Shown: in pieces, positions 25,075 through 37,370 of the stretch
Position numbering within the stretch: position 1 is the first letter of the stretch
Layout: every line of letters starts with the position of its first letter
From: Malacoraja senta
Lineage: Eukaryota
Length of the DNA stretch: 64,000 nucleotides
Direction: 5' to 3'
NCBI GenBank assembly: GCA_038087875.1
Contig: CM075983.1
Coordinates: forward strand, 25,110,001-25,174,000
Notes under the pieces: model-generated
The model's database searches: none
What the model was told of the DNA's origin: nothing
What the model saw: only the letters and a program-made list of their open reading frames with translations
Translations under genes and position numbers: made by a program

Positions 25075-25544
25075 AGAAACAGAAAAAATGACCCATTCAT
25101 CCCTTTGAACCTGGTCTGCATTCATTACAACTATTGCTTATCCTTATCTCAATACCATTTCCCCCTCCCCTTTATCCCCAGTGCCTTTTTGTGATTAGAA
25201 TTCTATTTCCTTCTTAGAATAGACTTGACCTCCATAGGCTTCCATGGTAGAGAATTTTACAGATTCACCATTCTCAGCGTGAAGAAAAATGTTATTCTGT
25301 CCTAATGTTTTGCCCCATATCCAGAGAATGGGACCCTTCATTTTGCCTCCCTCCCGTCCAGGAGAAATGATCCCCCCTGCATTCAAGCCCTGTCAGAATT
25401 TTATATGCTTCAGTGAGATCCTTTCATAGTCTTCTAAACTCTAGTGAATAAAATCCAGATCTATTCAATCATTTTTATAGAAACATCCTGCCATCTCAAG
25501 AATCAGAATGGTGAACCTTTGCTACACTCCCTTTTTATCATGTA
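25075..25544 (-). mobile_element. Old CR1 3' region, split by Helitron 3 (continues ~27559-28135)
   Basis: CR1 3' features on both sides join contiguously (atcatgta|tatgttttcttagat...gtgtggtctcacc). Confidence 0.75.
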
Positions 25545-25695
25545 CTAGACCAAGTGGGACCCGTTGGGTCCCATCCCCTCAACACGCGGTTGCAGGTAGG
25601 GGGGGGGGGCGGCCTGCGGCATCACACGCACACTAACCCCCACACACACTAACCACCCCACACACACATACACACTAATCACCCCCCTTGATATT

Positions 25696-26641
25696 CTTAT
25701 GGGTGGAGCCCTGCAGGTCACAACTTGCAGCTGTCTCTCCTGTCTGTCCTTTCACCCTTTTTTGTTATTTTTAGTCTGTTTAAACATTTTGTTTTGGAGG
25801 TCTTTTAGTCTTTTTTATGGGGGGTGGGTGGGGGTGGGGGGGGGAAGGGGGAAACTGTTTTTTCCAGTCACTACCTGGCTGAGGATGTTTCTTTTCTCCA
25901 AGCCGCATCTTCGCCCCCTCCTCGCGGCCTACCATCTGGATTGGTGCGGCCTTTCCTGCCGGAGACCGGCCAGAGCTTCAGCGGCGGCGCAGCACTGAGT
26001 TACCATCACAGAGTGGGCGATTCCTATCGGGGATCGCCGTGTTGGTGCTCCAGAGTGTTGGGCCTGCTGATTACATCGTGGAGCTGTGGTTGCGGAGCTT
26101 CCAGCCGCGGGCGGTGCTGACTCTAACATCGCGGAGCCTGGGACCTTTGCCGAGGTTGAATCTCCGCCCAGCTCGGCCTGTGGACTTCGGGAGCCGCGGT
26201 CTCCGATAGGAAGAGGCCGATTCAGAAACTCCAAGCCGCTGAGAGTGTTCTCCGTTCCGATGCCGGAGCTCCGATCATCCGGGCGAGAGGGCCTGAAACA
26301 TCGGGCCGCCGTTGCAGCTAATGCGGAGGCCTTAAAGGCCCCGACCAAGGGTGAACAAGTGGAAGAGGACTGAACTTTATTGCCTTCCTTCAAAGTGGAA
26401 AACGTTGATTCCACTGTGGGGGATGTTTATGTTAAATTCTTTCGTTTATGTGTGTTCTTTTTATTCGTATGGCTGTAACAAGTCGATGACCGCGCCGCTG
26501 TGTTTGGCTGCTCGTCGTCACTTCTTGCCGCTCCTGTTTGCCCTGGCTCTGTTTGTGTCTACCTGCTGTGGTCTGTACAGCACTTTGGTCAATGTGGGTT
26601 GTTTTTAAATGTGCTTAATAAATAAATAAATTATTATTATT
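25696..26641 (+). mobile_element. GC-rich non-coding retroposon with L2-type 3' tail, nested in Helitron 3
   Basis: Interrupts the Helitron motif gatatt|atattaatattatt, which is contiguous in copies 1 and 2. Ends tgtacagcactttggtcaa...tttaaatgtgctt-aataaataaa-(TAT)n. Confidence 0.75.
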
Positions 26642-26724
26642 ATTATATTAATATTATTAATTTACTCCTTTTACCCCATCCCCGCGCAATCCGCACTCAT
26701 AGCCCCCAACCCGCAGGCACAGCT

Positions 26725-27180
26725 AGAGAGGGAGAGGGAGAGAGGGCAGGGGCAGAGAAAGGGCAGGGGAGGGCATGGGCAGAGGGAGAGCAGGGGCAGA
26801 GGGCAGGGGCAGAGGGCAGGGGCAGGGTGAGGGCAGGGGCAGGGGCAGGGGGAGGGGCAGGGGGAGGGCAGCGGTAGGGGAGGGCAGGGGCAGAAGGAGA
26901 GCAGGGGCAGAGAAAGATCAGGGGGAGGGGGACGGCATGGGCAGAGGGAGAGCAGGGGCAGAGGGCAGGGGCAGAGGGCAGGGGCAGGGGGAGGGCAGGG
27001 GCAGGAGCAGAGGGAGGGCAGCGGTAGGGGAGGGCAGGGGCAGAGGGAGAGCAGGGGCAGAGGCAGAGGGCAGAGGCAGAAGGGCGGGGGAGGCAGAGGG
27101 AGTGGGGGGCAGAGCGGGGGGGCAGAGAGGGAGTGGGGGGCAGAGAGGGAGGGGGGTAGAGTTTGAGGGGTGGGGGGGAG
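26725..27180. repeat. GGGGCA/GAGGGCA low-complexity tandem tract in Helitron 3
   Basis: Seen directly. Confidence 0.9.
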
Positions 27181-27558
27181 GGTGCGCGGCATCACAGGGG
27201 AGGGCTGGTTCCGGAATGCAATACTCCCTCGCTCCAGGCACTGCTTCTGCCCAGGTCCAGTCGCCGGGCTCGGCTTGAGGCAGCAACCTCCCCAGCATGC
27301 GCTGATCCTGGGCGAGTACAGGGCCCAACATGCTCGTTCTTTCTGAGTTTTTTCAATAACCGGGGGTGGGGGGAGTGACGTCACTCACAGTGCGTGGAAG
27401 AAGGGCGCACGGAGCTGACCCATTGTGACGTCATCAGGCAGTGGTTTTAAATATGTAAACATTTTACCGTTACTGCGTCGTTTTTTCGCGAAGATGTGAT
27501 TACACACAGACACACAAATAAATACACATCCAAGATCAGAGTTTTATAAGTATAGAGA

Positions 27559-28135
27559 TATGTTTTCTTAGATGAATGAAACTGCACATAGTATTCCAAG
27601 TGTGGTCTCACCAAGACCCTGTGTCACTCTAACTTCCTTGCTCCTGTAATTTATTGTGTTGAAGACAGACAGGCCATTTCCTTCTTAACTGAATGCTGCC
27701 CTGCTATGTTCAATTCCAGTGACTGATGGACAAGACCACCCAAGTCTCTTTATATTATATATTATCATTCTCTAGTCTATTGTCATTTAATAATACTCTT
27801 CCCTTCTCTTTTCTGCTAAGTGGATCACTCATTCAATTGGCCTAAATCACCTTGAATTCCTTTATTTTCCTCATAACTCACAATTCCACCTATTTGTGGC
27901 ATTGACAAACTTAAAAAATAATACTTTTGGCCCCTCAACCAAATCATCAATGAATATTGTGCATAGGTGAGGTCCAGGGATTGATGCCCATGTCCCCACT
28001 CCACTGTTCAACACTACCGTCTGAGAAACACCCATTATTTCCTACTCTGGTTATTATCTGTCAGACAATTTTCATTCCATGCCAGTACACAATCTCCAAT
28101 CTTATACACTACGTCTTACATAGGACTTTATCCAG
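27559..28135 (-). mobile_element. Old CR1 RT relic (continuation)
   Basis: gtgtggtctcacc, aggtccagggattgatgccc and accccactccactg blocks comparable with the CR1 at 19350-19850. Confidence 0.65.
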
Positions 28136-31100
28136 GGCTGTCATAAAACAGTAACATGTATATAATAAATTGAGAGCTTGGTGACATTTCCTTCTACAAT
28201 GTTTTCAATGTCGTGAATGAAAATCCCAAATGATTTGATTGTTGACTTCACATTAAAGAAGATTATTTGAATAAAGATGCAATGAGACTCGAACACAATC
28301 TGATCTTAAGGTAAACGTTGGTTGATTTTATTCACTTTCATTAAATCAATTGTAGCAAAAACCTCAAATCGACCCCTGTAGTTTAGTCAGTTGCAAATTA
28401 ACAGCCTGCCTACAATGAATGGCTTATACCACTTCCAAAATCTGGTTATTAAAAAAAAATATGGTTTCAATGAGTGTGTTCAACATTTACAGTATCTGGT
28501 GTACATCAAAACCCTTTAGTTTTTGCATAGTGGTCAATTTGGCCTTCAAGATCATTGTTTTTTTAAAGATAGCTGCGAATCTCAGATGTTTGTACGTAGG
28601 TATGGAATTTCTTTAATAAAACCATGAGTATGGTGTTGGATCATGAGTTAATGGACAAATTCACACAGGTTCCAAAATTAGGCTTCCGGTTCCCTGATTT
28701 ATGCCAAAAGATGTTGATTTGAATTGTTAGCCTTATCATGATCTAATACATTTACTGATTGTAATGCACTGTTAGATTTTATCCATGTAAGACTTGGTCA
28801 AATGTCTGAATATAATATTGATTTAAACATTGCAGTGTAATTTATTATTATAGGTAATACGTTGCTATGAAATTGCAGAATTCAAATCTGATATTGGATT
28901 GTAATCATGGAAATATATTAGATTTAAAGATTGCAATACCATAAGCTCCATTATTATCATGATACTATGTTAGATTACAATGCATTATGAGCTATAGCAA
29001 TTCCAATATAATACACGAAGATTGTGATATGATGAACTGATCCAATGTGATTTATGTTACAGGATCAATTTTACATTACATATTATTTTTTATTAAGAGA
29101 TATATGTTGGTGTTAAATTCTAGATAGTTGTATGTCATTTAAAGTAAAAACTACCATGCAAATTTAGATATATAGAAATTATTATATTCCAATTGCAAAC
29201 TGGAATAAGATTTAAAATTCAATATTGATATTAGATTTGAAGTTCTGATCTAGAAATAGCCAATTGCATATCAATTCAATTTTTGAGCCCTGATGTTTAA
29301 AGTTGGAATGTGTTATTTAATTATTAATACATAATCAAAATGTAGAATAATACATAGTTACATTTCAAAATAAGTATATAATGCTGGAAATGTAGATTAC
29401 GTATGACAGTACATCTAATTATTACAATATAATGTGTATTAAATTTTAAAATTGCATTGTTGCAAAAGATTAACAATTTACATTAGATGATAACTGGATT
29501 TAATTGTCACAACTGTAAGATATAAAAGTAATTATGGTAATAAGTTGAATGGGCACAATTTAATATAATAGTGGAGAATTATGCTGTAAAATGTGAATTG
29601 AAGATTTCAATTTAAATATTTCATTTTGGTACTGGAATTATGAACTAAATATAATATTAAATTGAAATATTATGATTTTAAAATTGAAGATTTTAATGCA
29701 AAGTGGAAGTGAAGAATTGTTATGCTCTATATAAGGGTTGATAATAAGATCTTAAATTACAGTAGCATCACATTTAATTAATACCAAGTGACAAAGTGTA
29801 ATATTTCATCAACTGCAATATGAAATAAAAATATTACTGTATTTGATAATAGTCTGCAGAAATATGGTTAATTTTAGATTCAGGAGTGTAATTTCTTTCT
29901 AGATAGAAGTATTTATAGTTACATTAAAGATATTAGATTATAATGAAATATTGAATTTAAGTGCTACAAAATTATTTACACTGATTATAATGTACTGGTG
30001 GATTTAAAAGTTAGAATACTATAATAAATATGATTTTGGTTAGGTTGGAGGCTTCAATGTTTAATTATAACTAATAATCCTAATATTTTAGATATTTATT
30101 CTGATTGCTGCATATATGCTAGATTTGCTGATTATTGAATGATGGTAAAAGTAATCATGGTTTGTGATTTTGAAATGTGAAGTTATAATCCATTATTTGA
30201 TTTAAGTATTGTGATAAAACATAATAGCAGGTTCTAAATTCAGAATGTGATCAATTACAAGATTTCACATGAGATTTTTGAGCATTATATCATATTTAAT
30301 TATCATGTAATATTACATTGCAGGATCAAAGTCCTGTAGATTTTAGGGCAGAACTGTAATATAATCAATGGTTATTCGTTTATCACATTTTCCTCATTAC
30401 TATTTCAGCAGAGTATTGATGCTGTTTAGTTTACTGAAATTGTAAAGGAATTGTGCCTGAGTACATTAAGCCTTCTTCAGATAACATTACTGTTATTAAC
30501 CTTTCCTCTTGAAAGAAAATATTCAAACATAATAATAAAGTATTTGATTTAAGGATAACATTTGATAGTTGTGCTTTCAATGTAAGAAAGATTGTGGATG
30601 ATTCATTTTAATGTTGTTATTAAATTTGAATAGAATATATTTTTTTGTTTGGACTTTAACATTCAGTGTCCATTTATGAATTTGTCTACAAATGTGCATT
30701 TTAATCTAAATTCAAAGTACTGCAAATATCCTTTATGTAATAATTAGGGAAAGTGTGATCCTCAATCTTCGAGAAACCTTTCACGATGTTTCTTGAAATA
30801 AAAGGAACTAGACAAGAAGGCTTCCCCTTGGAGAATATTTGCATATTAGATATGAAAATGCTTATCTTGAGGAATAAAAGTCATTTAGGTTTGCTCTCCA
30901 ACCTAAAATCAATGTTACTGTGATTTTCTTTTCATAGGTTTTTTTTAAATCTTCACTCTTCAGTTTTCTTCCTTGCTGCTGTTCACAGAAGATGTTGAGT
31001 CCTGCTTGGAATATGATCGAGTGGACCTCAGTTAGCTCTGTCAATGAGAACCAACTGTACTAGCGAGAATCAATCTGCCATTTCCATAGAGGACACACAT

Positions 31101-31381
31101 AACCAGCCTTTTTCCTTGCCCACCTGATATTGAGACACATGCACCACCGTCATGGGGTTCAGACAATAATCAAAAGTAAGGACCCATGCAGGTTTTCCTC
31201 TCTCTGTTTCTAGGATACTGATGAGAACTGTAATGCACCAATTTTCAATGCAGCTGAGATCATTTAACTCAGCATTATCTGGGGATCAAACGTGCACTGA
31301 GGTTCACCTGTTCACTACACAAACTGACTGAATTATAGTAGTTAATCTTTGCTGGTTGAGAAGCAACATGAGCCTAGCTTG

Positions 31382-31818
31382 GTTTTAGTTTAGTTTATTA
31401 TGGTCACATGTACGGAGGTACAGTGAAAAGCTTTTGTTGTATGCTATCCTGTCAAAGAAAAGATTGTACATGATTACAATCAAGCCATCTACAGTGCAAG
31501 TACAGATAAAGGTGCAATGTTTTGTGCAAAGATATAACATTGAAGTCTGTTAAAGTCCGACTAAAGATAGCTCAAAGGTCTCCAGTGAGATAGATAGGAG
31601 GTCAGGACCACACTCTAGTGCATGAGATGACTGTTCAGTTGCTTGATAACACCTGGGAAGAAACTGTTCCTGAATCTGGAGGTATGCATTTTCAAACTTC
31701 TTGCCTGATGGGGGCGTGGAGAAGAGGGAGTGACAGGGATGAGACTGGTCCTTGATTCTGCTGGCAGCCTTGCCATGGCAGTGTGAAATACAGTTGGAGT
31801 CAATGGAAGGTCGGCTGG
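31382..31818 (-). mobile_element. Rex1/Babar LINE 3' part (continues 36233-~36420), split by Gypsy 2
   Basis: (CTAAA)n tail; CHGKAASRIKDQSHPCHSLF and RFRNSFFPGVIKQLN. Confidence 0.82.
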
Positions 31819-32027
31819 TGTTGAGTAAATCACATATACTCACGGATCTGGTACAACAGTATTTATAGAGTAATATATACAACACACGGCAGCATGTTAA
31901 TTCTACCGTGCTGCATCACCAACTAACAGCACATGTCGGGTTGCGATAATATGAATGGTGTAGTAGTAGGCGAAGCTTATATTAATAAAGCACCATGTTG
32001 GTTAGTAAGTAATGTAACCAATCTACA
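31819..32027 (-). repeat. 3' LTR of Gypsy 2 (209 bp)
   Basis: TG...CA direct repeat of 36024-36232; about 15 substitutions by eye. Confidence 0.95.
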
Positions 32028-32165
32028 TCTTTCGTAAGAATAAAAAGTGAAATACATCTACAATAAAGATATATATATATATATATGTATAAGCACGTTA
32101 CTAGGTGCTGTGATTAATAATGCGACCAAAAATGCTAGTAGCGCATACAAGGGAATTCAGGTGGT

Positions 32166-35100
32166 TCAAACAAAGTCCTTGTATCTAAGGGGTGGCCTAC
32201 AAACCTGTCCCATGCGAGTATGGTACAGATCCGCATCTCCTCCCTTCACCGGCGAGAATGCCGGGGTCCTGGGCAGCGGGAGCACTGGGGACTCGGGGGA
32301 CAAACACGGCGAGGCAGGCCAGTGGGGCACCGAGCGTGGAGACACAACCAGGGGTGGGTCTGCAGCTGCAGGTCTTGAGGGAAGAGAAAGTCCATCAGTA
32401 GATGGGTAGATCGGACGCGGAGTATCAGGATACGAGACAGCAGGACGTAGTTCCTTCACAGGAAGGAGATGTTGGCGGTTGCGTCTGTAGATCCCTCCGC
32501 ACTCACCAGGTATGAGCGTGGCTCTTTTGCGGGACTGTGGATGAAACCCAAACCGGCCATAGTCCTTGTTGGTTTGAAAGCGAACTACTTTGCCACTGGA
32601 GAGAGGTGTAAGTGGTTTGCTGGATTTACCAAAAATCACTGGCTAGTGAACTGACTGCCGTTATCTGACAAGAGGCGTGCGGGGGCACCGTGTGCGGCGA
32701 AATGGCGTGCCAGCTTTTGGATTACTGCAGCAGATGTTGTGCTTTGGAGCAGGTCGATTTTGAACCAGCCCGAATACGAGTCAACGAGAACCAGATACTG
32801 TTTGCCACGCCACTCGAATATTTCAGTAGCAACCATGGACCAAGGCAGAGGAGGAACAGGATGTGAGAGCAGGGGCTGCTTCTGTTGGTGTGGCATCAGG
32901 CTGTTGCAGATAGCACAAGCTTCAACTTTCCCATGCATGAATTTGGTCATTCCGGGCCAGAAAAACATGTTCTTTGTTCAGCGTATGGTTGTTTCCATGC
33001 CGGGGTGACCCCTGTGGACGGCATCAAAATATTTGTCCCGTAGGGCAGTTGCCTTGCCTTGTGACTGACTGCCTTGTGACCCTTGATTACGACACCGTCC
33101 TGCAGCACCAGTTCGTCACGGACCAGGTAGTATGGGCGAATAGGAAGTGGTGCGCGATATTCTTTATCCAGCTCGCCATGCTGGATGACTGAAGATAGTA
33201 TCTGCAGCTGTTTGCTCTGCCAGGTCGCTTAGGCATTCTGTAGGGATGTACGACACCATTATTACTGTGAACTGGTCATTTTCAGACGGTTGTTCGCAGG
33301 TTTTCCGTGGGGCTCTTGATAGCATGTCAGCCAGATGCATGCCCTTGCCCCTTTTGTAGACAAAGGTGAAATTGAAACTCTGTAGCTGCATCATCATGCA
33401 TTGCAGGCGAGCAGGAGCAGCATGAATGGGTTTGTTCAGATTAGTGACCAAAGGTTGGTGGTCTGTTTCAACAACCACGATCTTCCCAAAAATAAAGTCC
33501 TTTATTTCGTGCAGGCAAAAACCACGGCTAGTAACTCCTATTCGATCTCGGCGTATCGCTGTTCCTTCCCAGATAAGGTACGGGAGGCGGAAGCAACAGG
33601 TCTGCAGTCTCCCTCGACGGAATTCTGAAGGCAAGCAGCTCCTTGTCCATAATGGGAGGCATCACACGTAAGTGTCACTGGTAGTTTTAAATCGAAATAA
33701 GCGAGGGTAGGAGCACTGGACAATTGTAATTTAAGGATTTCGAACGCCCTCTGGTGTTGTGGGTACCAAGACCATGCAGTGTCTTTGTGAGTCAGTTGTC
33801 GCAGGGGGGACAGATATTTCGCTGAGGTTGGGAATGAATTTCCCAAAGTAGTTAACCATCCCCAGGAATCTCTGCAAACTTGTCACATCAGTGGGGACTG
33901 GCATCTCGTTGATGGCAATGGTCTTGGAGGGGTCAGGTCTGAGGCCGTCACTGGTGAATAGTGTCCGACCTCCTTGACACGGAATCTGCACTTCAGAGGG
34001 TTGAGTTTGAGGTGGATGTCTTTTGCACCGTCCAGCACTTAAAAAAAATTGGCATCATGTTCAGTCATGTTGCGTGCAGCAACGAGAATGTCGTCGACAA
34101 TGATGACACAAGGATACCACGCAAATAATTGTTCCATTGTACGCTGGAATACTTCGCTAGCAGAGTTGATGCCAAAGGGCATCCGCAGGAACTTGTAACG
34201 GCCAAAGAGGGTGCCGAACGTGGTGAGTTTGGACGAGTCGGTGTCCAACGGGATCTGCCAGAATGAGCTTTTGGCATCCAGAACAGAAAACACAGAGGCA
34301 CTGCCTAGCTGAGCAGCAACTTCCTCCACTGTGCGCATCGGGTAGTGCGGGCATTTGATCGTGTTCAGATCTCTGGAGTTGATACAGTTCGGATTTCTAC
34401 TTTGTTTTTCTTTGTTGCGACCACCATGGTGGAAACCCAGTCAGATGGGTCAGTAACCATGGCAATGACACCCAGGGACACCATCCGCTGGAGCTCAATG
34501 TGTACTCTGTCACGCATAGCATGTGGAATACGGTGTGGTGCTCGTACCACAGGTAAGACATTTGCATCGGTGACAATATTGTACTTGATGGATAGCTTCC
34601 CAAGCTTTTCATCATTAAGTTCCTTGTACTGGGAAAGTATCTACTGGGTGGAGCCATTGGCAGGAGATATTTGATGGACGGCTGGCCCGAAGGTTACCAG
34701 TCCTAGGTTCTGGAAAGCGTTAATGCCTAGCTGAGTTGCAACTTTCCCACGAATAATAAAAAAGTTCAGCTTGTGAGCTTGTGACGCTAGGTGGCACTGC
34801 AGCTCAGCTTTTCCAACTGGGTGCACCTCCCCTCCTCCATAGGCTAACAAAGTAGCCAATGTGTTTACAATACGTTCGGCATTCTTGACTTGTGTAAATT
34901 CGGACAATGACATGACGTTACATTTAGCTCCAGTGTCAAACTTTGCAAGCGTAATGGTATTGTTGACGAAGTGAAACTTCAGGGTCGAGGCACTTGTTAA
35001 TATAATCAACCAGAGAGTGTATGTTATGTCTGTTATCATCAGGCTCAGAGAGAGTATCTGGAGGAGGTGCTGGTAGCTCCTGGTACTCGTTATCAGAATC

Positions 35101-35920
35101 GTCATGTTTTAACAGGTGCACAGGCTGCCGTGGATCTGAGTGGATCCCACGGGTTCGACAGCATTTAATGAAATGATTTATTATTTTGCAAAAGTGGCAT
35201 AATTTACCAAAGGCAAGGCATAGTTTGCGATCAGCGGGGTATGATCAACCACAGTTAGAACACTTTTCAATAAATCTGTGAGATTGTTGAGATGATGCGT
35301 TGGGCTGTGAGCGTTGGGTGCGGTAGGAGGTGTTGGTAGCATCAACACAATATGAGGAATACAGTCCTGGCCCCATTGATTTAGTGTGAGACTCGGTGAG
35401 TTCAGCAATGCGACAAGCATGTTCAGCTCTGACCAGGGTTAGTTTAGTATCATCACGTACTTTGTCACTGAGGATTCCACCCACCAGTTTGTCGCGGACG
35501 AGCTCATCACACAGTTTCCTAAAATGGCAGCGTGCAGCAATATGTTTTAGAGTACTGATATCAGTCTCCACAGGTTCTCCTTGTAGCTGATTTCGAGCAA
35601 TAAATTTAGCACGTTCCAGTACGGAGTTAGTGCGAGGGTCACATAACTGTCTGAATTTGGTGATCAGAACTTCGGGGTCGTCTAAAGTATCAGCAGGTAT
35701 CACGATCTGATTGTTGTGATCTAGAACTGCAGGAACAAGGTCGAAGCGCTCTGCTCGTTTGATAGCTTCTGGGCCAGCGATGTTGAGAAGGATAGAGGCA
35801 CGGTGGTCTGGTGGAACGTTGCTATGAGCAGCACAAATGTAAAAGTTAAAGTCATGCTCGAAAATCCACCAGAGGTCTGTCAAAAATCAGAGGATCATGT
35901 TTATGGAATGAATTGGTCAT
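32166..35920 (-). pseudogene. Disrupted gag-pol of Gypsy 2
   Basis: Starts MTNSFHKHDPLIFD (parallels MANSSRCPSPLIFD of element 1). About 10 ORF fragments separated by stops and frameshifts; integrase appears internally deleted after SDNGSQFTSQ. Confidence 0.9.
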
Positions 35921-36009
35921 AGCAAACATGAGATATGGGACAAAGCGGGTGAAATAAAACACTGGAAAGTAAATAAAAACTGATATACTTAAACGCAGAG
36001 TGGGTTGAA

Positions 36010-36023
36010 CACGTCTGACACCA
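36010..36023 (-). promoter_or_regulatory. PBS (tRNA-Leu)
   Basis: TGGTGTCAGACGTG next to the LTR; near-complement of ...CACUUCUGACACCA. Confidence 0.8.
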
Positions 36024-36232
36024 TGTTGAGTAAATCACACATACTCATGGATCTGGTACAACAGTAATTATTGAGTAACGCATACAACACACAGCAACAT
36101 GTTAATTCTACCGTGTTGCATCACCAACTAACAGCACATGTCGGGTTGCGATAATATGAATGGTGTAGTCGTAGGCGGAGCTTATATTAATAAAGCACTA
36201 CATTGGTTAGTAAGTAATGTAACCAATCTACA
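36024..36232 (-). repeat. 5' LTR of Gypsy 2 (209 bp)
   Basis: Direct repeat of 31819-32027, adjacent to the PBS. Confidence 0.95.
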
Positions 36233-36944
36233 GCTGGTTTATGTGATGGTCTGGGCTATGTCCACAACTCAGCAATTTTGTGTGGTCTTGAATCATCATT
36301 GGCTGTGATGCACCTCGATAAGATACTTTCTAAAGCACATCTGTAGAAGTTGTTGAGTGTTATTGGGAGCATGCTGAACTTCCAAACCTTCTAGAAAATA
36401 GAAGCATTGGTATGCTTGCTGTTACTGCAGATTAAAGAGATTAACATATTTAGTTTAATCATTTAGTATAAATACTGTTAAAAACATGCACTAATGAGTA
36501 GTTGAAAAGCAAAATAACTGCAGATCCTGGACATCTGAAATAAAAACATTGAGCAAAGTGCTGTCACAGTTGATCTGTGAAGAGTTAAGAGCTACCCTGT
36601 AAACTAACTGAGAAATAGGTCATCCAGGTCTTGTAATAGATTTGTTTTTAATCAAGTTGTTTTGATTTGGAACTTGATATTTAGCTTTTCTGCTAAAGTT
36701 AGTTACAGATTCAAGTGATGCTATATGTTAAGCTATGCCTGCTGAGGCTAAGTCAAGCAAACACCATCAAATGCTGACCGATTAACAAATTGTTAGCTTC
36801 CCCAATGATTCCCCCAGTAGAAACTCAATCATTCTCTCTCAGTGAGATCTTTTGCAGTAACGAGGCCTTAAACAGTATAATGCTTTAAAGTTATTGGAGG
36901 TGGGATGCTTATTTGTAAGAATCAGAAACATTTAATGGTGATGC

Positions 36945-37370
36945 AAACGATTGCAGATGTTGGAATCTAGAACAAATGCTGGTGGAACTCAGTGCAGAGA
37001 AGTGGACAGTCGACAGGTAGGGTCAGGACCCTTCTGCTGCTGGGTTGAAATAGTAGAGGGAAGAGCCAGCAAAAACTCATGTGAGGTGCTGGGGCAAGAG
37101 CTGGCACGAAATAGGTAAATCCAGGTAAGGAGGGGTGGCCTGATGGAAGGCTCAGGTGGGGGAGAGAGGGGTTAAAATGACAACAGAGGCTGGGACATGA
37201 TTGATGGAGGTAACCATGATGATGGAATTTGATGGGAATGGAAGGTGGAGTATAGGAACAAATAAGCGAGGTAGGGTGGGCAATTGGAAACAATGGTGGG
37301 AGGGATGGAGTGGTCAGGTGAGGGACAGATGGAGTGGGTGAGGATTAAAGTTGGGTGAGAGTAGGCACAG
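36945..37370 (-). mobile_element. Penelope 3' end relic
   Basis: gcagatgttggaatc...gctggtggaactcag...ggtcaggacccttc plus purine-rich UTR. Confidence 0.65.

Larger units (their letters stand above)
25545..27558 (-). mobile_element. Non-autonomous Helitron, copy 3 (both termini intact)
   Basis: Minus strand: A|TCTCTATACTTATAAAACTCTGATC ... GGGACCC-AAC-GGGTCCC hairpin (25556-25572), ACTTGGT, CTAG|T. Inserted between A and T with no TSD. Confidence 0.92.
31819..36232 (-). mobile_element. Gypsy/Ty3 LTR retrotransposon with both LTRs (4414 bp), decayed
   Basis: LTRs 31819-32027 and 36024-36232; TSD GCTGG (31814-31818 / 36233-36237); PBS; gag, protease FDTGAK, RT (LDAKSSFWQI, RMPFG, IVDDIL), RNase H (TCDAS, ETDHQPL), integrase (LVDSYSGW, SDNGSQF), in Gypsy order. 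Confidence 0.96.

Noticed and set aside
26671-27384. Pro/Cys/Leu-rich and Gly/Arg-rich ORFs on both strands
   Set aside because: Low-complexity GGGGCA tract of Helitron 3.
30862-31044. Possible terminal exon (frames giving ...CEQQQGRKLKSED or ...SKQDSTSSVNSSKEEN*) with an AT-rich 3' UTR
   Set aside because: No recognisable homology and no consistent splice phase or partner exons.
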